Shown here: in pieces, positions 10,031 through 17,887 of the stretch
Layout: each line of letters begins with the position of its first letter
How positions within the stretch are numbered: the stretch's first letter is position 1
Source: Myxococcota bacterium
Lineage (GTDB): Bacteria > Myxococcota_A > UBA9160 > JAFDDA01
DNA length: 64,000 nt
Assembly: GCA_965228475.1 (NCBI GenBank)
Contig: OZ245817.1
Span: 2,688,001 to 2,752,000 of the forward strand
Direction of reading: 5' to 3'
The notes under the pieces: model-generated
Seen by the model: the letters and a program-made list of their open reading frames with translations, nothing else
Database searches by the model: none
Told to the model about the DNA's origin: nothing
Position numbers and translations under genes: made by a program

Positions 10031-10066
10031 GGAAATCAATTTCCGTTCGGGGGGAAAGCGTTTTCA
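10031..10066. promoter_or_regulatory. Paired inverted-repeat sites GGAAA-N4-TTTC, candidate upstream activator sequence for a sigma-54 activator
   Basis: GGAAATCAATTTCC (10031-10044) and GGAAAGCGTTTTCA (10053-10066) start 22 bp apart and lie 100-135 bp upstream of the -24/-12 box. Confidence 0.5.
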
Positions 10067-10164
10067 TCCCCGGCCGGGTGAGGCCCCTTCCCCGCGGGGC
10101 GTACCAGATGGTTTTATTCAACTACTCCAGCCACTTACAGCATTTTTCAGGGACGGACCAACCC

Positions 10165-10180
10165 TGGCATCGTGATTGCA
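10165..10180 (+). promoter_or_regulatory. Sigma-54 (-24/-12) promoter for the first PEP-CTERM gene
   Basis: TGGCATCGTGATTGCA has exact GG-N10-GC spacing and closely matches TGGCAC-N5-TTGCW; an AT-rich patch lies just upstream (10109-10150). Confidence 0.85.
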
Positions 10181-10316
10181 ACTATGCGCCGCAGGCTAGC
10201 TGCTGGAACGTCGCCTCGGAGAAACCGGGACCGGCACCGGCAGGGCCTAGCAGGGGTGCCTGCGCCGTCCGACCTGTGGGGAAGGCGGCCGATCCTGCAA
10301 GAGGAGTGAACTGAAG

Positions 10317-11063
10317 ATGCGCAAGTTGTTTGCAATTATGGCCGCTGGCTCGCTGTTGGTGGGCGGTGCGGTTCAGGCGGCGCCGGTGGCGACGAACATC
10401 ATCGTCACCGTCACCATCCAGGGCCTCGGCCCGATTTCGTTCTCGGGTGCTGGCACGGTTTCCGTGACCGGTAGCACCGTGTCGATCGCTGCTGGCGCCG
10501 TTTCGCTGCCGGCTCCGGTCGTCGTGCCCGTCACGGCCACCACGGCCGTCACGTCCATCACCGCCATGACCGTCAGCAACCAGGCTGGCACGTTCTCGGC
10601 CGGTGGCGTGACTGCCCAGGCTGCTGGCGAAGTTTGCCCCGGTGGCGGCCCCGCGGCTGGCGCGGCGTGCAACGCCGGCGGCGGCGTTGGCGGCATCATG
10701 GGCCTCTCGGGCTTCATCAACGTGGCCGTCATCCCGATGGTCGTCGTGATCCCGGTGGACCTGAACGCTGCTCTGCTCGGTCAGGGTGGTGCCACGGCCT
10801 CGCCGTTCACGATCGACGCCGCCGTGTTCAGCACGGGCGTCGGCTCGGTGAACTCGGGCACGAACATCATCACGTCGGCCGGTTCGTCGGGCCCGCTCAC
10901 GCTGGTCTCGCCGACCTTCGTGTCGGCCCTCGGCAACCTGCTCCCGATCTTCACGGCGATCACGTTCACGAACGTGAGCCTGCCGGTGCCGGAGCCGGGC
11001 AGCCTGCTGCTCATCGGCACGGGCATCGCGGGCCTCGCCCTTCTCGGCAGCCGCCGGAAGTAA
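10317..11063 (+). CDS. PEP-CTERM surface protein, copy 1 (Ala/Gly/Val/Thr/Ser-rich)
   Basis: Signal peptide MRKLFAIMAAGSLLVGGAVQA; C-terminal VPEPGSLLLIGTGIAGLALLGSRRK; GAGGAG RBS. Confidence 0.95.
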   Translation: MRKLFAIMAAGSLLVGGAVQAAPVATNIIVTVTIQGLGPISFSGAGTVSVTGSTVSIAAGAVSLPAPVVVPVTATTAVTSITAMTVSNQAGTFSAGGVTAQAAGEVCPGGGPAAGAACNAGGGVGGIMGLSGFINVAVIPMVVVIPVDLNAALLGQGGATASPFTIDAAVFSTGVGSVNSGTNIITSAGSSGPLTLVSPTFVSALGNLLPIFTAITFTNVSLPVPEPGSLLLIGTGIAGLALLGSRRK

Positions 11064-11107
11064 GCGGGCTCTTGCCCTCGCTGGCTCTTCGAGCTGGCGG
11101 TGACTCT

Positions 11108-11147
11108 GGAACGGCCATCCCCTTCGGGGGGTGGCCGTTCCCTTTTT
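11108..11147 (+). terminator. Rho-independent terminator after PEP-CTERM copy 1
   Basis: GGAACGGCCATCCCC-TTCG-GGGGGTGGCCGTTCC followed by CTTTTT (15-bp stem, cUUCGg loop). Confidence 0.9.
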
Positions 11148-11366
11148 CGGTCAGCCGGACCGAAAGAGCCAGCAGGGAGCGGCTAGCGACGGCCTGATCC
11201 CCGCGGGGCGTCCATGTTGCCAAAAACCCGCTGAATCGAGAAGAAAAGTGCTCCGGTCGGTGACACATCCCGATTCCCAGGGCCACCTACTCCCTGCATA
11301 CCGGTTTCGGTCCGCTGCGCGCCCCGTAGGCGTTCGCGGCCGCCGGTCAGAGGAGTGGAAACTATC

Positions 11367-12110
11367 ATGCGTAAGTTGTTTGCAATCATGGCCGCGGGCT
11401 CGCTCTTGGTGGGCGGCGCGGTTCAGGCGGCGCCGGTGGCGACGAACATCATCGTCACCGTCACCATCCAGGGCCTCGGCCCGATTTCGTTCTCGGGTGC
11501 TGGCACGGTTTCCGTGACCGGTAGCACCGTGTCGATCGCTGCTGGCGCCGTTTCGCTGCCGGCTCCGGTCGTCGTGCCCGTCACGGCCACCACGGCCGTC
11601 ACGTCCATCACCGCCATGACCGTCAGCAACCAGGCTGGCACGTTCTCGGCCGGTGGCGTGACTGCCCAGGCTGCGAGCGAGCTCTGCGGCGGCGGCCCCG
11701 GCGCGGGCGTTGCCTGCAACGCCGGCGGTGGCGTTGGCGGCATCATGGGCCTCTCGGGCTTCATCAACGTGGCCGTCATCCCGATGGTCGTCGTGATCCC
11801 GGTGGATCTGAACGCTGCTCTGCTCGGCCAGGGTGGTGCGACGAACTCCCCGTTCACGATCGACGCCGCCGTGTTCAGCACGGGCGTCGGCTCGGTGAAC
11901 TCGGGCACGAACATCATCACGTCGGCCGGTTCGTCGGGCCCGCTCACGCTGGTCTCGCCGACCTTCGTGTCGGCCCTCGGCAACCTGCTCCCGATCTTCA
12001 CGGCGATCACGTTCACGAACGTGAGCCTGCCGGTGCCGGAGCCGGGCAGCCTGCTGCTCATCGGCACGGGCATCGCGGGCCTCGCCCTTCTCGGCAGCCG
12101 CCGGAAGTAA
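11367..12110 (+). CDS. PEP-CTERM surface protein, copy 2
   Basis: Same signal peptide and VPEP-TM-RRK tail as copy 1; GAGGAG RBS; ATG at 11367. Confidence 0.95.
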   Translation: MRKLFAIMAAGSLLVGGAVQAAPVATNIIVTVTIQGLGPISFSGAGTVSVTGSTVSIAAGAVSLPAPVVVPVTATTAVTSITAMTVSNQAGTFSAGGVTAQAASELCGGGPGAGVACNAGGGVGGIMGLSGFINVAVIPMVVVIPVDLNAALLGQGGATNSPFTIDAAVFSTGVGSVNSGTNIITSAGSSGPLTLVSPTFVSALGNLLPIFTAITFTNVSLPVPEPGSLLLIGTGIAGLALLGSRRK

Positions 12111-12154
12111 GCGGGCTCTTGCCCTCGTCGGCTCTTCGAGCCGGCGGTGACTCT

Positions 12155-12193
12155 GGAACGGCCATCCCCTTCGGGGGGTGGCCGTTCTCTTTT
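12155..12193 (+). terminator. Rho-independent terminator after PEP-CTERM copy 2
   Basis: Same UUCG hairpin as 11108-11141, followed by a T tract. Confidence 0.88.
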
Positions 12194-12360
12194 CCCGGAC
12201 CCGGCGCCCTCGGCAACGCTCAAGGTGACGCGTCTCGCGGCCGAAACTGCCCGAGAAACCGATGGAACCCGCGGGCTTGCCCCGGGCGGGTTTTGGCTAG
12301 ACTGCTCCGTTCGCCAATCCGCGCCGCCTCGTAGCGGCGCCGCCAAAGGAAAGCCGCCTG

Positions 12361-13776
12361 ATGAGTCGCGCCCGGTTGCTGATCGTTCTCGCCTGCGTCG
12401 CCCTGATCGGCTTCGGACTGCTCCGCTCCCTCGAGCTCCGTGGACCCGACCGCCCCGAGGGCACCTTCGAGGACATCGAGTCCCTCCGCGAGCGGGACGA
12501 CCTCAACCTCATCGTGATCCTGATCGATACCCTGCGCGCGGACCGCATGTCGGCCTACGGCTACGAGCGCCCGACGACTCCGGTGCTCTCGGCCATGGCC
12601 CAGTCGGGCGTTCTCTTCGAGCACACCCTGGCCCAGTCCACCTGGACCAAGACGTCCATGGCTTCGCTGCTGACGGCCACCTACCCCTCCACGAACAAGA
12701 TCACCCGCTTCAACCACGGCGTTCCGGATGGCGCGACCCTGCCGACGGAGATGCTGCAGCGCGCCGGGTACCGCACCGTCGGCCTCTGGAGAAACGGCTG
12801 GGTGTCGCCGAACTTCGGCTTCGACCAGGGATACGACGTCTATCTGAAGCCCTTCCCGAAGGACCTCGGGGCAGCCGAGAACCCCTCCGCAGCCGGCCTG
12901 CTCGGGACGGACCAGACGCTGATCGAATCCGCCGCCCAGTTCCTGCGCAACAACCAGGACGAGCGCTTCTACCTCTACCTGCACATGATGGACGTGCACC
13001 AGTACGTGTACGACGGCTCGGTCAACTTCGGGAACACCTACTCGGACATCTACGACCAGTCGATCCGCTTCGTCGACGCCCAGGTCGGGACGCTGATCGC
13101 GCATCTGCAGCAGCTCGGGCTGATGAAGAAGACCGTCATCGCGATCATCTCGGATCACGGGGAGGCCTTCCGTGAACACGGGACCGAAGGCCACGCCCGC
13201 GACCTCTACGAGCCGACGACCCGGGTTCCCTTCATCATCACCCTGCCCTTCCGTCTGAAGGAGCCGCTCGTCGTTCGCACGCCCGCCGAGAACATCGACG
13301 TCTACCCGACCCTGTTCGATCTCATCGGGATGCCTCCGATGAAGGAGGCCGACGGCAAATCGCTCGTGCCCTACATGCTCGCCGCCGCCCGGGGAGAGGA
13401 GGGGGAGCCGCACGAGTACATGGAGCCCCGCTTCTCCTACCTCGACACGCACTGGGCCCGCATGATGCAAGAGCCTGCCCCGCTGATCCTCGTCCAGCAG
13501 GGTCGCTACCGCCTCCATCAGCCTGGCGATGACAAACCCGAGCTCTTCGACGCCCTCGAGGACCCCGGCGAGCAGCGGGACATCGTCCGTCTCAAGCCGG
13601 AACAGGCGGCGGAGCTTCAGCAACTCGCCATCGACTGGGCTGCGGCACCGGACCCGTCCTGGGGGCAGCCCTCGAACGTGACCGTCGACGAGATGGAAGC
13701 CAACCAGCTCCGCGCCCTCGGCTACGTCGTCGACCCGCACGCACCGCGGGACAAGCGCAAGATCGAACGGCAGTGA
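12361..13776 (+). CDS. Sulfatase-fold (alkaline phosphatase superfamily) hydrolase/transferase, N-terminally anchored, Thr-type
   Basis: IDTLRAD, QSTWTKTSMASLLT, HMMDVH, SDHGE, C-terminal LRALGY; N-terminal hydrophobic anchor. Confidence 0.85.
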   Translation: MSRARLLIVLACVALIGFGLLRSLELRGPDRPEGTFEDIESLRERDDLNLIVILIDTLRADRMSAYGYERPTTPVLSAMAQSGVLFEHTLAQSTWTKTSMASLLTATYPSTNKITRFNHGVPDGATLPTEMLQRAGYRTVGLWRNGWVSPNFGFDQGYDVYLKPFPKDLGAAENPSAAGLLGTDQTLIESAAQFLRNNQDERFYLYLHMMDVHQYVYDGSVNFGNTYSDIYDQSIRFVDAQVGTLIAHLQQLGLMKKTVIAIISDHGEAFREHGTEGHARDLYEPTTRVPFIITLPFRLKEPLVVRTPAENIDVYPTLFDLIGMPPMKEADGKSLVPYMLAAARGEEGEPHEYMEPRFSYLDTHWARMMQEPAPLILVQQGRYRLHQPGDDKPELFDALEDPGEQRDIVRLKPEQAAELQQLAIDWAAAPDPSWGQPSNVTVDEMEANQLRALGYVVDPHAPRDKRKIERQ

Positions 13777-13892
13777 ACCCGCGAGGCCGGCGGGCCGGCT
13801 AGCCTACGGACCGGCCGCGGAACGCCCTCCTCGCGCGGAGATCGCACGGGCGGGGCGGGAGCGGCCCGGGCCCCCCGACGAGGTTTCTGCGG

Positions 13893-15338
13893 ATGCGTCG
13901 AGACCGAGCCTGGATCGCCGCCATCGCCTGCGCAGGACTGCTCCGCGTCCTTCTCCTCGCCGCTGCCTTTCCCTACTTCCACCCGATCGACGAACACCAG
14001 CACGTCGAGACGATCCACCGCTGGTCGCGGGGCACGCTTCCCGGCCCCGAGACGAGCCGGCTCGGCGACCCGGTGGTCGACTGGGCCCTCCGCTTCGGAA
14101 CCTTCGAGTACCTCGATCCGAACCCGCCGCCGCCCTACTTCGCACGGCCCGGCTACCGGCCGGGCGTCGCCTGGGAAGGGACGGCGCGGCGCGCTTTCGA
14201 AGCCGTCGTGAACCAGGAAGCCGAGAGCCCGCCCGGCTACTACGCACCGGCGGCCCTCTGGTACCGCGTGGGCGAACTCGTTCTCTCCGATCAGGCCCTG
14301 CTGTTCTGGGTCCGTGCGCTCAACGGGTTCGCGCTCCTCGCGCTGGTCCTCCTGAGCCATGCCTGGCTCCGCCGCCGACACCCGGACGATCCTCTCCTCT
14401 ATCGCGGCGTGCCGGCCTTGATGGCCTTCCTCCCGCAGGACGCCTTCTACGGGATCGGACCGGACGGCGCCTGCGCCCTGCTCGGCGGGCTCGCCTTCAT
14501 GGCGGCCGTCGGCGCGGCAGAGGCCGACGGGACGCGCGACGGCGCGGGCCGGGATGTGCGAGCGGGCCTGCTGGCCGCCGTGGCGTTCCTCGCCAAGTAC
14601 ACGAACCTGCTCTACTTCGGGCTGCTCGGGCTCGCCTACGCCGCCCGAAGCCACGCCCACGGCGCTGCCGCCGCGGCCCGCCGGGCGGCCGCCGCCCTGG
14701 GCGTCGCCGCCCTCGCCGCCGGCGCGTGGATCGCGCGCAACCTCGCGGTCCTCGGAGACCCCTTCGGAACGGCCAGGAAGGTCGAGCACCTCGAGTGGCA
14801 GGCCCGGCCGTGGGGCGAGCTCTTCTCGCACCCGATCTTCACGCCCGCCGGGTTCGCAACCTGGTGGACGGAGACGCTCGTCCACTTCTGGCGCGGGGAG
14901 TTCCGCTGGCTCGGGGAGCCGATGACCTGGCCCGCGCTCGACACCGCGCTCTGGGCCGTGTCCTCGGCCGCCCTCGCGGCGGGGACGGTCTCCGCCTGGC
15001 GGGCCGCCCGGCGGCGGGACCGGCTCGAGCCCTTCGCCGCCCTCGCCGTGGCGGGAGGGTTCGCGACGCTCGCCGTCCTCTCCACGCGCTTCACCTTCGC
15101 GGACTGGGGGAACCCGACGCGCATGCACCCCTACTTCACGGAGGGGCGGCTCATCCTCGGGGTGCTGCTCCCCTTCGCCGTGGTCTTCGTGCGGGGCGTG
15201 GGGACACTGAGCGAACGAGTTCCGAACGGAGACCGCCTGGCAGCCTGCGCGCTCGGCTCCTGGCTCGCACTCGTCACCGCAGCGGATTTCGTGCTCGCGG
15301 CGCCCGCCTTCGCGAGCCCCTGGAACCTCTTCCCCTGA
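13893..15338 (+). CDS. GT-C-fold membrane glycosyltransferase-like protein (ArnT/DUF2142-like)
   Basis: PIDEHQH after TM1, ESPPGYY, FLAKYTNL, EGRLIL; about 10-12 TM segments. Confidence 0.65.
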   Translation: MRRDRAWIAAIACAGLLRVLLLAAAFPYFHPIDEHQHVETIHRWSRGTLPGPETSRLGDPVVDWALRFGTFEYLDPNPPPPYFARPGYRPGVAWEGTARRAFEAVVNQEAESPPGYYAPAALWYRVGELVLSDQALLFWVRALNGFALLALVLLSHAWLRRRHPDDPLLYRGVPALMAFLPQDAFYGIGPDGACALLGGLAFMAAVGAAEADGTRDGAGRDVRAGLLAAVAFLAKYTNLLYFGLLGLAYAARSHAHGAAAAARRAAAALGVAALAAGAWIARNLAVLGDPFGTARKVEHLEWQARPWGELFSHPIFTPAGFATWWTETLVHFWRGEFRWLGEPMTWPALDTALWAVSSAALAAGTVSAWRAARRRDRLEPFAALAVAGGFATLAVLSTRFTFADWGNPTRMHPYFTEGRLILGVLLPFAVVFVRGVGTLSERVPNGDRLAACALGSWLALVTAADFVLAAPAFASPWNLFP

Positions 15339-15354
15339 CCCGCCCGCGGGCGTC

Positions 15355-17172
15355 TCAGTTCCCGAGCAGCTTGGCCTGGAGCAGCCGGTTCATCCAATCG
15401 ATGATCGGCGGCACCGACTCGTTCTCCTCGGCGGTCAGCACGTCGAGGTGGGCGTAGCCTTCGACGATCACGACCTCCTGGTCCGTGCTCGCGATCGAGC
15501 CGAGGTAGTTCGCGAAGGAGGCCTCCGTGGTGGCCAGGCCGTTCGAGCCGCCGATGCCGAGCACCGGAACGTCGACGTTGGCGTTCTGGGTCACGTTCAG
15601 GAGCTCCGGTGCCCCGAGCGCGCTCGAGTCGCGGCCGAAAGACAGGTCGAGGTTCACGCGGCCGGAGACGAAGTACCACTCGCTCGAGTTCCCCGTCTCG
15701 TAGAGCGAGCGCAGGAAGACGTCGACGTCCGTGACCTCGCGCTCGACCCCCCAGCGCCCCGTCTCGCCCGGCGGCGGCTTGGGCCCGAGATCCTCGATCG
15801 CGCACCCCGTCAGGCCGAGCACGGCCGGCTGCGGGTCGAGCGGCGGACAGGTCAGCGGATCCGGGTCGCCCGCGTCGAAGCGCGGGCTGTCGTGCGGGAT
15901 CCACGTGCGCGTGACGCCCTCGTCGACGGCCAGGTAGAAGGAGCCGGGGATCAGCCCGCCGATCGGGTTGAAGAGGTTCGAGCCGTTCGCACTGAAGCCG
16001 AAGGAGGCGCTGAAGGCGGCGTTGGTGCTGAACTCGTCGTCGAGGAAGAAGCCGGCGAGCGAGCGGTTCGTCATCGGTGCCTGGAGCAGGATGCTGACGG
16101 GCAGCCCGCCGAAGATCGGCGTCTGCTGCAGGATCGAGTCCGATTCCGGGTCGAAGCTTCCGGCGACGCCGTTCAACTCGCCCGCCGCGCCGATGTCCGT
16201 GGCGTCGACGAAGCCGAACAGATCCGCCAGGAAGACGTCGCTCCCGCCCGGGGTCTCGAGGTCGGTGATGCTGTCCTGGTACGCGGTCAGGTCCGGCGCG
16301 GAAGCGGACGGTCCGCGCGTGCCGCCGCCCTCGAGCAACAGCAGGCCATCGACGAGCTCGTAGCCCGCTTCGACGCCGCCCGGCGTCACGTCGAAGTCGT
16401 AGGCCGCGAAGACGCCGGTCCAGGTCGTGCCCATCGAGTGGCCTCCGAACAGGACGAGGCCGTCCTCGCCGACGATCGCGCGCGCGGCGAGCACGAGCTC
16501 CCGCCAGTCGCGCACGTACGTGTCGACGCCCCAGTGCGCGAAGATGCCGCGCAGGTCGTCTTGCGAGAGCTTCTGGAAGTCCGAGTCGCCGTCGCCGGGG
16601 ACCGCGTCCGGAAGCGTGAACGGGCCATCGGGCCCGGGGACGCCGTCGCGGTCGATCGTGGCGTCCGGGAAGTAGAAGCGGACGCCCTCCGCGATGGCGT
16701 CGCGCATGGCCTCCTCGTCGCTCCCGGCCGCTTCCGCGCCCGCGCGCGCGTAGAGCGCGCCGCGCCGGTCCTCGAGCTGGTTCGTGCGCCGGTCCACGGC
16801 CCAGACCTCGAGATTTCCGTTCTGCTCGCGCACCAGATCCCGCGCGAGCGGGTCGAAGTTCCCGGCTCCGCCGAGGAAGCCCGGGATGAGGATCAGGATC
16901 ACGCGCGGCGGCGCGTCGGCATCGGCGAGGGCGGTGCGCACGTAGGTCACCCGGTTCAGGTCCGGTGCGTCGCCGAGGATCTGGCGGATCGGCGAGTCCG
17001 CCGGGATCGCGTACTCCTCCGCGGCGCCGGAACCCGGCGTGTGGACCTCGTTGAAGCCCGCCATCTCGAGGCGATCCTGCACGATCTCGACGGCGGGGTT
17101 GCACTGGTTCGCCCCCATCGCCGCCAGCCCGAGCACACCGACGAACAGCACGATTCGCGTTCGACCCACCAC
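15355..17172 (-). CDS. Exported alpha/beta-hydrolase (lipase/esterase-like), possibly a lipoprotein
   Basis: GTG at 17172 after GGAGG; signal peptide ending ...AAMGANQC; IPGFLGG oxyanion region, GHSMG nucleophile elbow, C-terminal YAHLD. Confidence 0.75.
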   Translation of the reverse strand: MVGRTRIVLFVGVLGLAAMGANQCNPAVEIVQDRLEMAGFNEVHTPGSGAAEEYAIPADSPIRQILGDAPDLNRVTYVRTALADADAPPRVILILIPGFLGGAGNFDPLARDLVREQNGNLEVWAVDRRTNQLEDRRGALYARAGAEAAGSDEEAMRDAIAEGVRFYFPDATIDRDGVPGPDGPFTLPDAVPGDGDSDFQKLSQDDLRGIFAHWGVDTYVRDWRELVLAARAIVGEDGLVLFGGHSMGTTWTGVFAAYDFDVTPGGVEAGYELVDGLLLLEGGGTRGPSASAPDLTAYQDSITDLETPGGSDVFLADLFGFVDATDIGAAGELNGVAGSFDPESDSILQQTPIFGGLPVSILLQAPMTNRSLAGFFLDDEFSTNAAFSASFGFSANGSNLFNPIGGLIPGSFYLAVDEGVTRTWIPHDSPRFDAGDPDPLTCPPLDPQPAVLGLTGCAIEDLGPKPPPGETGRWGVEREVTDVDVFLRSLYETGNSSEWYFVSGRVNLDLSFGRDSSALGAPELLNVTQNANVDVPVLGIGGSNGLATTEASFANYLGSIASTDQEVVIVEGYAHLDVLTAEENESVPPIIDWMNRLLQAKLLGN

Positions 17173-17174
17173 GA

Positions 17175-17750
17175 CTACGACCTCCGTCCGGAGGCGGCGG
17201 CCCACGCCAGCCCCGACATCAAGAAAACGGCGAGCCGGCCCGGCTCGGGGACGGCCGCGACGATCGAGACGCCGATCATCCCGCCCGTCGGCGGATCCAC
17301 GGTGAGGTCCGCGAGCAGACAGAGCTCGCCGGCACACGCGGCATCCGGCGCGAGGCTCCCGGCGACGTTCGTGACCGTGAGGTCGGCGCCGTCCACCGAG
17401 AGGTGGAGCGCCGGGATGAGGAAGCTGCCGTCCGGGAAGAGCACGCCCAGGCCCGGGTTCGCGAGGCTGCCGTCGAGGCCGATCGAGAAGCCTCCGCCGG
17501 TCAGCGCGAGGGCGACCACGTCGAGGGCCGTGTTGCTTCCGACCGGCGGCAGGGCGCCGAGCTCGAGGGTGATCGTGCCCGAAAGCGGAGACCCGCCGAT
17601 CGTGCTCTGGGCGTCGTCGACCTCGAGGAAGAGCGGCACGGCGGCGGCGGGCGCGGCGAACGCGAGCCCGAGGGCCAGCGCGGCGGCGAGCACCGTCGGC
17701 CGAGGCCAGGAGTTGGGCGGGAGCGGGAGCCGGGAACGAGCGGCAGGCAT
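17175..17750 (-). CDS. Small PEP-CTERM protein
   Basis: Signal peptide (...LALGLAFAAPAAA), one Cys pair (CAGELC), C-terminal VPEPGRLAVFLMSGLAWAAASGRRS. Start could instead be GTG at 17771. Confidence 0.8.
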   Translation of the reverse strand: MPAARSRLPLPPNSWPRPTVLAAALALGLAFAAPAAAVPLFLEVDDAQSTIGGSPLSGTITLELGALPPVGSNTALDVVALALTGGGFSIGLDGSLANPGLGVLFPDGSFLIPALHLSVDGADLTVTNVAGSLAPDAACAGELCLLADLTVDPPTGGMIGVSIVAAVPEPGRLAVFLMSGLAWAAASGRRS

Positions 17751-17887
17751 GAAGACCTCTGGGGCTTCCACCTTCCCGGGTGAACGACCGTTATATCACG
17801 CCGGCGGGGCCTTTGCCGGACGGACTGCGGGGCCGCCGGGCCTTGGCCGGTTTGTCCTCTTGCCGGCTCGTTGCTACCGCAGGCCGG

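Larger units (their letters stand above)
10317..12193 (+). repeat. Tandem direct duplication of gene plus 3' hairpins (10317-11147 and 11367-12193)
   Basis: Two units about 1050 bp apart with long identical tracts; their upstream regions are mostly unrelated. Confidence 0.95.

Noticed and set aside
11206..11221. Sigma-54 box upstream of PEP-CTERM copy 2 (GGGCGTCCATGTTGCC)
   Set aside because: GG-N10-GC spacing is right, but the -24 element is a poor match and it overlaps the shared palindromic motif; too weak to call.
10317..12193. The tandem duplication as a pure assembly artefact
   Set aside because: The copies have different upstream regions, clustered synonymous changes, an in-frame indel and pairing-preserving hairpin changes. 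Partial collapse of the identical tracts still cannot be excluded without reads.
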